A stretch of DNA of 64,000 nucleotides from an uncultured Enterobacteriaceae bacterium (GCA_964441775.1 CAYTVL010000005.1:63348-127347), one strand, 5' to 3'; shown: positions 1-10,007, counted from the first letter of the stretch. Made by a program: numbers and translations. The notes: generated by a model not told the origin, from the sequence alone.

Positions 1-2
1 GA

Positions 3-3000
3 CTGCTGGTCTACTTTGGTTATCCCAGCGCCCACGAGGACGAGGCCCAACGCGCCGTGCGCACCGGTTTAGAGATTGTCGGCGCTATTGCGACATTGTC
101 GTTCCCACGACACATCCGTTTACCACAGCCACTCCAAGTGCGCATTGGCGTACACACGGGCCCCGTGGTGGTGAGTGAGATCGGCAGTAGCGAGCGCCGG
201 GAGATGCTCGCTTTGGGAGAGACGCCGAACCTAGCAGCACGGGTGCAGGGAGAAGCGGCCCCCAATACCGTGGTGGTCAGCGCGGCCACCTCGCGATTGG
301 TGCAGGGCTTATTCGAGTGGCAAGACCTAGGGGCGCGGACCCTGAAGGGCATCTCCACCCCGCTGCCGCTTTATCGTGTGGTGGACGAGAGTGGCGTGCA
401 GAGTCGCTTTGAGGCAGCGGTGCGCACGGGGCTCACGCCACTCGTGGGGAGAGAAGAAGAGCTGGGGTTGTTACGCCGGCATTGGGAGAGGGCCAAAGCA
501 GGCGAGGGACAAGTGGTACTGCTCAGTGGCGAAGCGGGCATTGGCAAGTCCCGCTTACTGCAAGAGCTGAAGAACCAAGTAGTGCAAGAGGGCGCAACCC
601 GGATCGAGTTCCGCTGCTCGCCTTATCACCAGAACAGCGCCCTGTATCCGGTGTTGGAGCACTTACAGCGCCTGCTGCAGTTCCAGAGAGAAGATACTCC
701 CCAGGCCAAGCTCGACAAACTCGCAACCTCCCTGGCCCGTTATCGCTTTCCTCAAATTGATACGCTACCTCTGTTGGCCGCGTTACTCTCATTGCCCCAT
801 CCCGACGGCTCTCCGCCGCTCAGTCTTACTCCCGAGCGGCAGAAGCAGAAGACACAGGAAGCTTTAGTGGGATGGTTGATCGAGGAAGCCGAGCAGACGG
901 CAGTCTATAGCGCCTGGGAAGACCTGCATTGGGCCGATCCCTCGACGCTAGAGCTGCTCTCTCTTTTCCTCGACCAGGTTCCAACTACACGGCTCTTTAC
1001 TCTGCTGACGTTTCGCCCGGAGTTTACGCCACCCTGGGGTGCTCGTGCCTATCTCAGCCAACTTACGCTCAGCCGCTTAGCGAGCGCCCAAGTGGGGGAG
1101 ATGGTGACTAAAGTGACCGGCGGTCAAGCGTTGTCGGCAGAGGTCGTGCAGCAAGTTATTGCCAAGACCGATGGGGTGCCGCTGTTTGTGGAAGAGCTGA
1201 CCAAGAGTGTGGTCGAATCTGTCGGGGCATTGCGCGAGGCGCCTCTCCAACCACTAGCGATCCCCACGACGTTACAAGACGCACTCATGGCGCGGCTGGA
1301 TCGCTTGTCCACCGTGCGCGACGTGGCCCAACTCGGGGCCGCGATCGGGCGCGAGTTTTCCTACGATATGATCCATGCGGTCTCGCCGCTCGATGAGACA
1401 AGCTTGCAGCAGGCCCTGGCCAAGTTGGTGGAAGCGGAGCTGCTATATCGACATGGACTACCACCGCAGGTGCGCTATGTGTTCAAGCATGCCCTGGTGC
1501 AGGACACGGCCTATCAATCGCTGCTCAAGAGTCGGCGGCAACAAGTGCACCAGCAGATTGCCCGAGCGATGGAAGGACATTTTCTTGACATCGTAGCAAC
1601 CCAACCCGAGCTGATCGCCCATCATTACACGGAAGCGGGACTGAGCGAGCACGCACTTCCCTACTGGCAGCGGGCCGGAGAGCGAGCGGTGCAACTGCCA
1701 GCCTATGCCGAGGCAATGAAGTTCTACCACCTCGCGCTGCAGGCCTTGGAACAGCAAGAAGCTGTAGACGAGACACAGCGTTGCACGCTGTTGTTGGCCC
1801 TGGGGGAAGCGCAACTGAAGGCGGGCGAACCCCTTGCGGCCCAGAACACGTTCCTGCGCGCTGCCGACATTGCTCGGGCGCTAGGAGCAACAGAGAGCTT
1901 CGTCCGTGCTGCACTGGGGCTCGAAAGACTGACCCACACGCTCGGTCTTGCCGCAGCTCCGGCAATGCGCCTGCTCGAGGAAGCGCTCCAGAGACTCGGG
2001 ATGGAAGACAGTCCGCTCACGGCGAAAACCTTGGGTGGTTTAGCCCTAGTACTACAGCTTACAGGGGTGCAGGAACAAGCGCTGGTCTACGCCCAGCAGG
2101 CGGTGACCATGGCCCGACGCCTTGCCGACCCGGAGCTACTCAGCGCCAACCTCATGGGGCTACTTCACACTCTCCAGGGGCCAGAATACGCGCAGCAGCG
2201 CCTGGCCTACGCCACCGAGATGCTGCACCTCACCAAGACAGCGAACGATAAACAACCTGTGCTCGACGCACTCTACTGGCGTGTACTATGCTTGCTCGAA
2301 TTGGGTGATATGCTAGCTACCAACGAAGAGATCAATACGTATGTCCCCTTGGCGGAAGAGTCGCAGCAACCTTTCGACCTTTGCCTCGCCGCAGGGTTTC
2401 GAGTTATGCGTGCCCTTATGGAAGGCCGCTTTGAGGACGGGGAGCGTCTAGCTCAGCAAGCCCTCGCCATCGGCCAGCGTCTGCAAACAGAAAACGCCGC
2501 CGGCATCTTTGGCCTACAGATGTTTACCCTGCGCCGCGAGCAAGGCCGCCTCAGGGAATTGGAGCCCGTCGTACGCTACTTCGTCCAGCAACACACCACA
2601 GCCGGCACCTGGCGCCCGGGCCTCGCGTTGATCTACAGCGAACTGAGGCGCACAGAGGAAGCGAGAGCAGAGTTTGAGCACCTGGCGCAGCAGGACTTCG
2701 CCGATATTCCTCGCGATGCCCTGTGGATAGCTTGCATAACGTATCTTGCCGACGTTTGCACCTTCCTCAGAGACAAGACCCGTGCGGCCACCTTGTACCA
2801 ATTCCTCCTACCCTATGCTGGGCGTACAGTCGTCATTGGTAGTGCTGCGGTCTGTTACGGTGCTATGTCACGCTATCTGGGGGCGTTAGCAACTACCCTG
2901 GGGCGCTGGGACGAAGCCGCGCAGCACTTCGAGGACGCTCTGGCCATGAACACCCGCATGGAAGCCTGGCCCTGGCTGGCGCATACCCAGTATCAGTACG

Positions 3001-3140
3001 CGACCATGCTACTGTCACGCGATCAGCCTGGTGATGGCGAGAAAGCTCGGGCGCTGCTCCAGGCCGCGCTGGCCACGGCTCGGGAACTCGGCATGCGGGC
3101 CCTGGAGGAGCGGATCACGGCGCCAGTGGATACGACCTAG
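3..3140 (+). CDS. Class III adenylate/guanylate cyclase + AAA ATPase + TPR (STAND-like) protein, 5'-truncated by the window edge
   Basis: The frame is open from base 3 (LLVYFGYPSAHEDEAQRAV). It contains the cyclase motif GETPNLAAR, Walker A GEAGIGKS, EDLHWAD and a TPR-like C-terminus. Close paralogue of 4586..8176. Confidence 0.92.
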   Translation: MLVYFGYPSAHEDEAQRAVRTGLEIVGAIATLSFPRHIRLPQPLQVRIGVHTGPVVVSEIGSSERREMLALGETPNLAARVQGEAAPNTVVVSAATSRLVQGLFEWQDLGARTLKGISTPLPLYRVVDESGVQSRFEAAVRTGLTPLVGREEELGLLRRHWERAKAGEGQVVLLSGEAGIGKSRLLQELKNQVVQEGATRIEFRCSPYHQNSALYPVLEHLQRLLQFQREDTPQAKLDKLATSLARYRFPQIDTLPLLAALLSLPHPDGSPPLSLTPERQKQKTQEALVGWLIEEAEQTAVYSAWEDLHWADPSTLELLSLFLDQVPTTRLFTLLTFRPEFTPPWGARAYLSQLTLSRLASAQVGEMVTKVTGGQALSAEVVQQVIAKTDGVPLFVEELTKSVVESVGALREAPLQPLAIPTTLQDALMARLDRLSTVRDVAQLGAAIGREFSYDMIHAVSPLDETSLQQALAKLVEAELLYRHGLPPQVRYVFKHALVQDTAYQSLLKSRRQQVHQQIARAMEGHFLDIVATQPELIAHHYTEAGLSEHALPYWQRAGERAVQLPAYAEAMKFYHLALQALEQQEAVDETQRCTLLLALGEAQLKAGEPLAAQNTFLRAADIARALGATESFVRAALGLERLTHTLGLAAAPAMRLLEEALQRLGMEDSPLTAKTLGGLALVLQLTGVQEQALVYAQQAVTMARRLADPELLSANLMGLLHTLQGPEYAQQRLAYATEMLHLTKTANDKQPVLDALYWRVLCLLELGDMLATNEEINTYVPLAEESQQPFDLCLAAGFRVMRALMEGRFEDGERLAQQALAIGQRLQTENAAGIFGLQMFTLRREQGRLRELEPVVRYFVQQHTTAGTWRPGLALIYSELRRTEEARAEFEHLAQQDFADIPRDALWIACITYLADVCTFLRDKTRAATLYQFLLPYAGRTVVIGSAAVCYGAMSRYLGALATTLGRWDEAAQHFEDALAMNTRMEAWPWLAHTQYQYATMLLSRDQPGDGEKARALLQAALATARELGMRALEERITAPVDTT

Positions 3141-3167
3141 ATACTGGTTGGCAAGGGGAAGGAAACT

Positions 3168-3238
3168 GTCATTGTGAGGAACCCTAGCGACGAAGCAATC
3201 CCCCCGGCAGGCAGATTGCCTCGCTGCGCTCGAATGAC
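3168..3238. repeat. REP-like palindromic repeat, family 1 (GTCATTGCGAG...GCAATC...GATTGC...GCAATGAC)
   Basis: Terminal GTCATT/AATGAC and internal GCAATC/GATTGC inverted arms. Further copies at 3581-3817. Confidence 0.85.
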
Positions 3239-3283
3239 ATTAATGGCGCTTTGTTCCCAATGACAGAGATGTGAAACAGATAG

Positions 3284-3570
3284 ATGAGCAGGAACTATTG
3301 CGTCTACATCATGACCAATAGTACAATACCGTGTTGTATACCGGTGTCACCGGAAATTTGCAGAAGAGAGTCTACGAGCACAAAGAGCACTTTGTTGAGG
3401 GATTCACCAAGAAGTATAACATCACCAAGCTGGTCTATTATGAAGTGTATGGCGACGCTTATAGCGCCATTATGAGAGAAAAACAGATAAAGGCCGGATC
3501 CAGACAGAAGAAGATTGCGCTGATTGACAGCATGAACAAAGAGTGGAGGGACTTATCCAAGGAACTATGA
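3284..3570 (+). pseudogene. GIY-YIG (YhbQ-like) endonuclease with a 1-nt frameshift
   Basis: MSRNYCVYIMTN is in one frame and YNTVLYTGVTGNLQKRVYEHK...YYE...AIMREKQIK in another. One base is missing at about 3320-3321. Confidence 0.85.
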
Positions 3571-3580
3571 AAGGCAGAGG

Positions 3581-3817
3581 GTCATTGCGAGGAGCCTTAG
3601 GACTTTGAGACAAAACCCTTAAACGGAGATCGAGCAGTCTGTCATTGCGAGGAGCAAGAAGCGACGAAGCAATCTCTGTTTGCGGGCCAAGATTGCTTCG
3701 CTCCGCTCGCAATGACCCCGTGATCTCATGCCAAACGGTCGAGGTTTTGTCCCATAATCCTTAGCGACGAAGCAATCTCCCAGGAAGCAAAGATTGCTTC
3801 GCGGCGCTCGCAATGAC
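3581..3817. repeat. Family 1 REP (3581-3599 + 3761-3817) interrupted by an insert that contains a second intact REP (3641-3716)
   Basis: Removing 3600-3760 and one TTA restores GTCATTGCGAGGAGCCTTAGCGACGAAGCAATC, matching the copy at 3168. Confidence 0.8.
3600..3760. mobile_element. 161-bp MITE-like element with 18-bp imperfect TIRs and a TTA target duplication
   Basis: Left end GGACTTTGAGACAAAACC versus reverse-complemented right end GGATTATGGGACAAAACC (15/18). TTA at 3597-3599 and 3761-3763. Confidence 0.72.
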
Positions 3818-3865
3818 TTGACGCCCTGAGTTTGCAGACGCCCTCGAAGCTGTGGCTCCCGCTCA

Positions 3866-4126
3866 TTACGCGAATGCTTCCGGTCGTAGCTCACTATCGA
3901 CCTCGATAATCACATCTGCTGGGATGTTCAGTCGCCGGGCCGCCTCACGAATCGCTTCGGCGTTCGGGGCTTCGTAGAGACAGTAGGTCTTCTTCTTGTC
4001 GGCGCTGAGAAACGAGAACAGCCACTGCACGCCGACGTCCGTATTGACTTGCTTGACTGCGGCGGCGGCATCACGATTGAATTCGAGTTGCTCGGCAAAA
4101 TTTCGCTCGATGATAAAGCGCGCCAT
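3866..4126 (-). CDS. DUF4242 family small protein
   Basis: MARFIIER...SFLSADKKKTYCLYEAPNAEAIREAARRLNIPADVI pattern. RBS GGGAGG lies before the ATG at 4126. Confidence 0.8.
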   Translation of the reverse strand: MARFIIERNFAEQLEFNRDAAAAVKQVNTDVGVQWLFSFLSADKKKTYCLYEAPNAEAIREAARRLNIPADVIIEVDSELRPEAFA

Positions 4127-4239
4127 ACATGCCTCCCTTTTTGTCAGTCCGATTATATCTGCGGAATGTAGCACAACAGGCGGGTAGTGTCTGTAGTTCG
4201 TAGGTGTGGCAACCCTTCTTCTCTCTGAATCATCGTACG

Positions 4240-4273
4240 TTGACAGCAACGAGCTAAGATTTTAGTCTAAATT
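4240..4273 (+). promoter_or_regulatory. sigma70-type promoter of the antitoxin gene with an overlapping palindrome
   Basis: TTGACA (4240-4245), 17 bp spacer, TAGTCT (4263-4268). TTTAG-T-CTAAA inverted repeat covers the -10. Confidence 0.55.
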
Positions 4274-4296
4274 TCGGTCTATGAAAGGAAGACAAA

Positions 4297-4569
4297 ATGG
4301 CGAAGACTCTCCCTCTGTCCGAGGCAAAGGCGCGCTTGAGCCAACTCGTTGCCGATCTAGAAATAAACGAAGAGGAGTTGATTATCACCCGCAATGGCCG
4401 ACCCGCCGCCGTCCTCATAAGTACCGATGAATTTGCAAGTTGGCAAGAGACACGCGAAATCCAACGAGACCCAGCGTTAATGCGTGAAATCAAGCAGGGG
4501 CTCAGGCAACTAGAAAAAGGCAAACGATTTACTTTTGAAGAAGTCTTTGGCGAACCCTCTGGACAATGA
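4297..4569 (+). CDS. Phd/YefM family type II antitoxin
   Basis: LSEAKARLSQLV...IITRNGRPAAVLIS signature. Confidence 0.9.
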   Translation: MAKTLPLSEAKARLSQLVADLEINEEELIITRNGRPAAVLISTDEFASWQETREIQRDPALMREIKQGLRQLEKGKRFTFEEVFGEPSGQ

Positions 4570-4585
4570 AAGAAAGGAACCGTCG

Positions 4586-7500
4586 ATGACCTTTGATGAA
4601 GTGCTCACGCAAGTACGTGAGCTATTAGAACGCGAAGGGCGGGTGGCCTACCGCATGCTCAAGCGACGGTTTGCACTGAGCGATGACGACCTGGAAGATC
4701 TCAAGGCGGATCTTATTGACGCCAAACGTCTCGCAGCCGATGAAGAAGGAAAGGTGCTGGTGTGGACAGGCCACGCCAGCCTAGCGTCTAGTATCCCGAG
4801 TCCAGTGTCTCAACAGGCGCCGCTTCCTGACCCTAGACCGCAGACGCTAGACTCTAAACGCGCTGAAGGTGAGCGTCGCCAGCTCACCGTGATGTTCTGT
4901 GACCTGGTGGGCTCCACCACCCTCTCGGAACAGCTTGATCCCGAAGAGTATGGGGAAGTCGTGCGCGCCTATCAAGCGGCCAGCGCCGCCGTGGTCCGGC
5001 GCTATGAGGGCCATATCGCCCAACATCTGGGCGATGGCTTACTGGTCTACTTCGGCTATCCCAGCGCTCATGAAGATGAGGCCCAGCGCGCCATCAGGAC
5101 TGGCCTGGAGATTGTCGGCGCCATTTCTACTCTTTCGTTCCCGCACCACATACGCTTGCCGCGCCCACTCCAAGTGCGCATTGGCGTACACACGGGCCCC
5201 GTGGTGGTGAGTGAGATCGGCAGTAGTGAACGGCGCGAGATGCTCGCCTTAGGAGAGACGCCGAATCTCGCCGCCCGAGTGCAGGGCGAAGCGGAGCCCA
5301 ATACCGTGGTGGTCAGCGCGGCCACTTCACACTTGGTGCAGGGCTTATTTGAGTGGCAAGACCTGGGGGCACGGACCCTGAAGGGGATTTCGACGCCGTT
5401 GCCTCTGTATCGGGTGGTGGGGGAGAGCGAGATGCGGAGTCGCTTTGAGGCGGCGGTGCGCACGGGGCTCACGCCATTGGTGGGCAGAGAGGAAGAGCTG
5501 GGGCTACTCCGTCGCCATTGGGAACAGGCCAAAGCAGGAGAAGGGCAAGTAGTGTTGCTCAGTGGTGAGGCGGGCATTGGCAAGTCTCGGCTGTTGCAAG
5601 AGCTGAAAGAACAAGTGATGCAAGAGGGCGCGACCCGCATCGAGTTCCGCTGTTCGCCCTACCATCAGAATAGCGCCTTGTATCCAGTGATTGAGCATCT
5701 CCAGCGCATGCTCCAGTTTCAGCGGGACGATACTCCTCAAGCTAAGCTGGAGAAGCTGACAAGCTGCCTCGCTCGGTACCGTTTTCCTCAGGCCGACACC
5801 CTATCGCTACTTGCCGCCTTGCTCTCGCTGCCGCATCCTGTTGGTGCTCTGCCGCTGAGTCTCACCCCTGAGCGCCAGAAGCAGAAGACGCAGGAAGCCT
5901 TGGTAGCGTGGCTCACCGCAGAGGCCGAGCAGACAGCGGTGTACAGCGCCTGGGAAGACCTGCACTGGGCTGATCCCTCGACCTTAGAGTTGCTGACCCT
6001 TTTCCTCGATCAGGCGCCAACTACACGAATGTTGACATTGCTGACCTTTCGTCCGGAGTTTACGCCGCCCTGGGGCAGTCGGGCCTATCTCAGCCAGCTC
6101 ACGCTCAGCCGCTTAGATCGCACCCAAGTCAGCGAGATGGTGGAGCGCGTAGCAGGCGGCAAAGGATTGTCCGCAGAGATGATCCAACAGGTCATCGCCA
6201 AGACCGATGGGGTGCCGCTGTTTGTGGAAGAGTTGACCAAAAGCGTGGTGGAATCCGTCGGGGCACAGGGCCGGACACCCCTTCACACGCTGGCGATTCC
6301 CACAACGTTACAAGACGCACTGATGGCGCGGCTGGATCGTTTGTCCACCGTGCGCGACGTGGCCCAACTCGGGGCGGCAATTGGGCGGGAGTTCGCATAT
6401 GACCTGATACGTGCAGTCTCACCGCTCGATGAAGCCAGCTTGCAGCAGGCCCTGGCCAAGCTGGTGGAAGCCGAATTACTCTATCGACATGGACTACCAC
6501 CGCAGGTGCGCTATGTGTTCAAACATGCCTTGGTGCAGGACACGGCCTATCAATCGCTGCTCAAGAGTCGACGCCAACAGGTGCACCAACAGATTGCCCG
6601 GGCACTGGAGGAACATTTCTTTGACACCGTAGAAACTCAACCAGAGCTAGTAGCCCACCATTACACGGAGGCGGGACTGAGCGAGCAGGCGATTCCCTAC
6701 TGGCAGCGGGCCGGCGAGCGCGCGGTGCAACTGCCGGCCTATGCCGAGGCGGTCCGGTTCTACCAGTTGGCCCTGCAGGCCCTGGAGCGGCAGGAAACTG
6801 TCAACGAGGCCCAGCGCTGCGCGCTTTTGTTGGCCTTGGGAGAAGCGCAACGCAAGGCAGGAGAACATCTCGCGGCCCAAGAGACTTTCCTGTATGCTGC
6901 CGACATTGCTCGGGCTCTAGGAGAAAAAGAGAACTTCGTCCATGCTGGGCTAGAGATCGAAAGGTTAACACATGAGGTTGGTCTTCCTGCAGCTCAGGCG
7001 GTCAGCCTGCTTGAAGAAGCGCTGCAGGGACTTGGAGTGGAAGATAGTCTGCTCACCGCGAAAACCTTGGGTGGCTTAGCCCGAGCACTGTGGTACACAG
7101 GCGTGCAGGAACACGCGGTGGTATACGCCGAGCAGGCGGTTGCCATGGCCCGACGCTTGAACGACCCGGAGTTGCTCGCCGCCAACCTCGATGTGATGAT
7201 CTTTGCCCTCCAGGGGCCAGAACACACGCAGCGGCGCCTGGCCTGCGCCAGCGAAATACTGCAACTAACTGAGGCAGCAAACGCGAAAGAACTTCTGCTC
7301 GACGCACAGTGGTGGCGTGCGGACTGCCTGCTCGAGTTGGGAGATATGCAGGCCTCCGACACCGCGATCGCCGTGTACGCTCGCGTAGCGGAAGAGTCGC
7401 AGCAACCCATGCATCTTTGCATCAACCTAGGGTTTCGGGCCATGCGGGCTTTGATGCAGGGCCGCTTCGCCGACAGTGAGCGCCTGGCCCAAGAAGCCCT

Positions 7501-8176
7501 CGCCATCGGCCAGCGCCTGCAAACGGAGAACGCCACAGGCATTTTTGGTTTACAGATGTTTACTCTGCGCCGTGAGCAGGGTCGTCTCAAGGAACTCGAA
7601 CCGGTCGTCCGTTATTTTGTTCAGCAGCACACCGTGGCTGGCGCTTGGCGCCCCGCCCTGGCACTGATCTACAGCGAACTTGGACTTACGCAGGAGACGC
7701 AGGCGGAGTTTGAATATCTGGCGCAGCACGACTTCACCGACTTTCCTGTCGATGCGTTGTGGATGGCGAGCATCACGTACTTGGTGGATGTGTGTATCTT
7801 CCTCGAAGATAAGAACCGCGCAGCTATCTTGTACCAGCTCCTGTCGCCCTACGCTGGCCGCACGGTCGTCATTGGCGGTGCTGCGGCCTGTTACGGCGCC
7901 GTCTCCCGCTATTTAGGAGCGTTAGCAACCACGCTGGAACGGTGGGACGAAGCCGCACAGCATTTCGAGAACGCCCTGGCCATGAACACCCGCATGGAAG
8001 CCTGGCCCTGGTTAGCCCACACGCAGTATCAGTACGCCACCATGCTGCTGACGCGCGACCAGCCTGGTGATAGCGAGAAAGCCCGGGAGCTGCTCCAGGC
8101 CGCGCTGGCCACGGCTCGTCAACTCGACATGCGGGCGTTGGAGGAACGGATTACGACAGAAGGAGAAACGAGATAG
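4586..8176 (+). CDS. Class III adenylate/guanylate cyclase + AAA ATPase + TPR protein
   Basis: VMFCDLVGST, LGDGLLVYFG, GETPNLAAR, Walker A GEAGIGKS and a TPR-like tail. Start placed at MTFDEVL after an AGGA RBS. Confidence 0.93.
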   Translation: MTFDEVLTQVRELLEREGRVAYRMLKRRFALSDDDLEDLKADLIDAKRLAADEEGKVLVWTGHASLASSIPSPVSQQAPLPDPRPQTLDSKRAEGERRQLTVMFCDLVGSTTLSEQLDPEEYGEVVRAYQAASAAVVRRYEGHIAQHLGDGLLVYFGYPSAHEDEAQRAIRTGLEIVGAISTLSFPHHIRLPRPLQVRIGVHTGPVVVSEIGSSERREMLALGETPNLAARVQGEAEPNTVVVSAATSHLVQGLFEWQDLGARTLKGISTPLPLYRVVGESEMRSRFEAAVRTGLTPLVGREEELGLLRRHWEQAKAGEGQVVLLSGEAGIGKSRLLQELKEQVMQEGATRIEFRCSPYHQNSALYPVIEHLQRMLQFQRDDTPQAKLEKLTSCLARYRFPQADTLSLLAALLSLPHPVGALPLSLTPERQKQKTQEALVAWLTAEAEQTAVYSAWEDLHWADPSTLELLTLFLDQAPTTRMLTLLTFRPEFTPPWGSRAYLSQLTLSRLDRTQVSEMVERVAGGKGLSAEMIQQVIAKTDGVPLFVEELTKSVVESVGAQGRTPLHTLAIPTTLQDALMARLDRLSTVRDVAQLGAAIGREFAYDLIRAVSPLDEASLQQALAKLVEAELLYRHGLPPQVRYVFKHALVQDTAYQSLLKSRRQQVHQQIARALEEHFFDTVETQPELVAHHYTEAGLSEQAIPYWQRAGERAVQLPAYAEAVRFYQLALQALERQETVNEAQRCALLLALGEAQRKAGEHLAAQETFLYAADIARALGEKENFVHAGLEIERLTHEVGLPAAQAVSLLEEALQGLGVEDSLLTAKTLGGLARALWYTGVQEHAVVYAEQAVAMARRLNDPELLAANLDVMIFALQGPEHTQRRLACASEILQLTEAANAKELLLDAQWWRADCLLELGDMQASDTAIAVYARVAEESQQPMHLCINLGFRAMRALMQGRFADSERLAQEALAIGQRLQTENATGIFGLQMFTLRREQGRLKELEPVVRYFVQQHTVAGAWRPALALIYSELGLTQETQAEFEYLAQHDFTDFPVDALWMASITYLVDVCIFLEDKNRAAILYQLLSPYAGRTVVIGGAAACYGAVSRYLGALATTLERWDEAAQHFENALAMNTRMEAWPWLAHTQYQYATMLLTRDQPGDSEKARELLQAALATARQLDMRALEERITTEGETR

Positions 8177-8203
8177 AGACGTATGTCTTACCTGTAGAAG
8201 CCC

Positions 8204-8323
8204 GTCATTCCGGGCAAGCGAAGCGAGACCCGGAATCCAGGGGCCAGAGCCGAGAGCCAGTGTTAAATCTTCCTGGATGCCAGCTCCCGGATCGGAGTCC
8301 GGGACAAGCTTCGCTGGCATGAC
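8204..8323. repeat. REP-like palindromic repeat, family 2 (CGTCATTCCGGGC...CCGGAATCCAG / CTGGAT...GGCATGAC)
   Basis: Inverted arms between convergent genes. Same family at 9341-9425 and 18061-18143. Confidence 0.8.
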
Positions 8324-8370
8324 GGCGCTGAACCTATCACAATCAGTGCGATGAATAGTAATAGGCGCCC

Positions 8371-9225
8371 TTACCGACCAGGGAATTTCGGGGTGCGCTT
8401 CTCCAGGAAATGCGCCACGCCTTCGCGAAAATCCTCACTGGATAAACTTTCCACCACATCTTCAATCGACGCATACAAGGCCGAACCAAAATCCAGATTT
8501 TGCGCACGAAAGAGTTGCTGTTTCATCACCCGCATTGAACGTGGTGAGACCATCTTCGCCAGTTCCAGGGCATAGGCGCGCACATCTTGCACGAACGACT
8601 CTTGGGCGAACACTTTGTTCACCAACCCCATCTGGAGGGCTTCCTCCGCCGAGATTTTGCGAGCGGACAAGAGCAGGTCGATCGCATTCGGTAGACCTAC
8701 AAGCCGGGGTAGAATCCAATCAATGCCATGTTCTGCTACCAGCCCGCGCCGCGCAAAGGCAGTAGTAAAAGAGGCTGTCTGAGAAGCAAAGCGGAGGTCC
8801 GCATACAGGGACACCACCAAGCCCACCCCGGCGGTCGGCCCGTTCAGCGCCGCAATAATGGGCTTGGGGACGGTTGGGAAATAAGCATGACGATACGAAA
8901 AGGCTTGAGGCAGATCTAGTCCGCCCTTGATGGGCCCCGATCCATACCCTTCCGCTCGTGTTGCGGCGATGCGCTCGGGAAGGGAACCGCTTCTCGTCGG
9001 GCTTTGGCTGGCTTGATTGAGCCCCGACATATCCGCGCCGGCGCAAAAGCCGCGCCCCGCCCCGGTCAGAATAATCACGCGCACGTCTTCATCAGCCGTC
9101 GCCTCGGTCATCGCCGCGCGGACTTCGCGCTCCATCACCGGCGTCCACGCATTTAAGCGCTCGGGTCGATTCAGCGTCACCATAGCGATCCGTTCTTGCA
9201 CCTCATACAGAATGTGTTCGTACAT
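8371..9225 (-). CDS. Enoyl-CoA hydratase/isomerase family protein
   Basis: VTLNRPERLNA, GAGRGFCAGADM, PKPIIAALNG, EDFREGVAHFLEKRTPKF. Confidence 0.93.
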   Translation of the reverse strand: MYEHILYEVQERIAMVTLNRPERLNAWTPVMEREVRAAMTEATADEDVRVIILTGAGRGFCAGADMSGLNQASQSPTRSGSLPERIAATRAEGYGSGPIKGGLDLPQAFSYRHAYFPTVPKPIIAALNGPTAGVGLVVSLYADLRFASQTASFTTAFARRGLVAEHGIDWILPRLVGLPNAIDLLLSARKISAEEALQMGLVNKVFAQESFVQDVRAYALELAKMVSPRSMRVMKQQLFRAQNLDFGSALYASIEDVVESLSSEDFREGVAHFLEKRTPKFPGR

Positions 9226-9340
9226 CAGCGTCACTCCTTTGCTTCTGATTCATATACAGGTTGCCATGAGCGCCACAAGCCACCGCGAGGACACCGTGCC
9301 GTATGCATAACAATTTCTTGGTAATGTCTGCTCAATTTTC

Positions 9341-9425
9341 CCTGGATTCCAGCTTTCGCTGGAATGACGTCCCTGACGCGCTCGTCATTCCGGGCAAGGC
9401 CGCAGGCCGCGACCCGGAATCCAGG
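9341..9425. repeat. REP-like family 2 pair
   Basis: CCTGGATTCCAGCTTTCGCTGGAATGACG followed by CGTCATTCCGGGCAAGG...CCCGGAATCCAGG. Confidence 0.8.
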
Positions 9426-9517
9426 ATTTTGCTGTGTACCCCGCCGTGGTGCGCCTTTTCTCTTTGTTAAAGTCTCTGGTACAGTAACTCCCACAAATCG
9501 AAAGGAGGCTCACACAC

Positions 9518-9997
9518 ATGGATGCCGGGGAACTCGCGAGACAAATCACCATCCTGCAAGATATCGAGGCGATCAAGCAGCTCAAAGCGGAATACTGCGA
9601 CATTTGCGACGACGAGCACAACCAGGACCGGATTGTGACGATCTTCGCCGAAGACGGTGTCTGGGAAGGAAAAGGCGTTGGCTATGCGAAAGGGCATGCA
9701 GAGCTTCGTAAACTGTTCAAAAATTTTGCCGAGCGGATCAGCTTCTCTCAGCACAATGTCTTCAATCCGCGCATCACAGTGAATGGCGCCGAAGCGCACG
9801 CGAGCTGGTATTTTCTAGGGCCGTTCACCTTCCGCAAAGACAATCGCCAACTGTGGCTCGCTGCTCGGTATGAAGATGACTATGTCAAGATCAACGGCCA
9901 ATGGAAATTCAAACACCTGCGCGCGTTCGGTCGGATGGCCGCGCCGTATGAAGAGGGCTGGGCCCCGCGAACAAAAGTAGACGTGTTCACGAATTAG
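9518..9997 (+). CDS. SnoaL-like / NTF2-family protein
   Basis: DIEAIKQLKAEYC...D, FAEDGVW, HNVFNPRI, RYEDDYVKINGQWKF. Confidence 0.88.
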   Translation: MDAGELARQITILQDIEAIKQLKAEYCDICDDEHNQDRIVTIFAEDGVWEGKGVGYAKGHAELRKLFKNFAERISFSQHNVFNPRITVNGAEAHASWYFLGPFTFRKDNRQLWLAARYEDDYVKINGQWKFKHLRAFGRMAAPYEEGWAPRTKVDVFTN

Positions 9998-10007
9998 TGT
10001 GGCAGCG

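Noticed and set aside
3168-3817. CRISPR array
   Set aside because: The repeats are long palindromes with irregular spacing, there are no unique equal-length spacers, and no cas genes.
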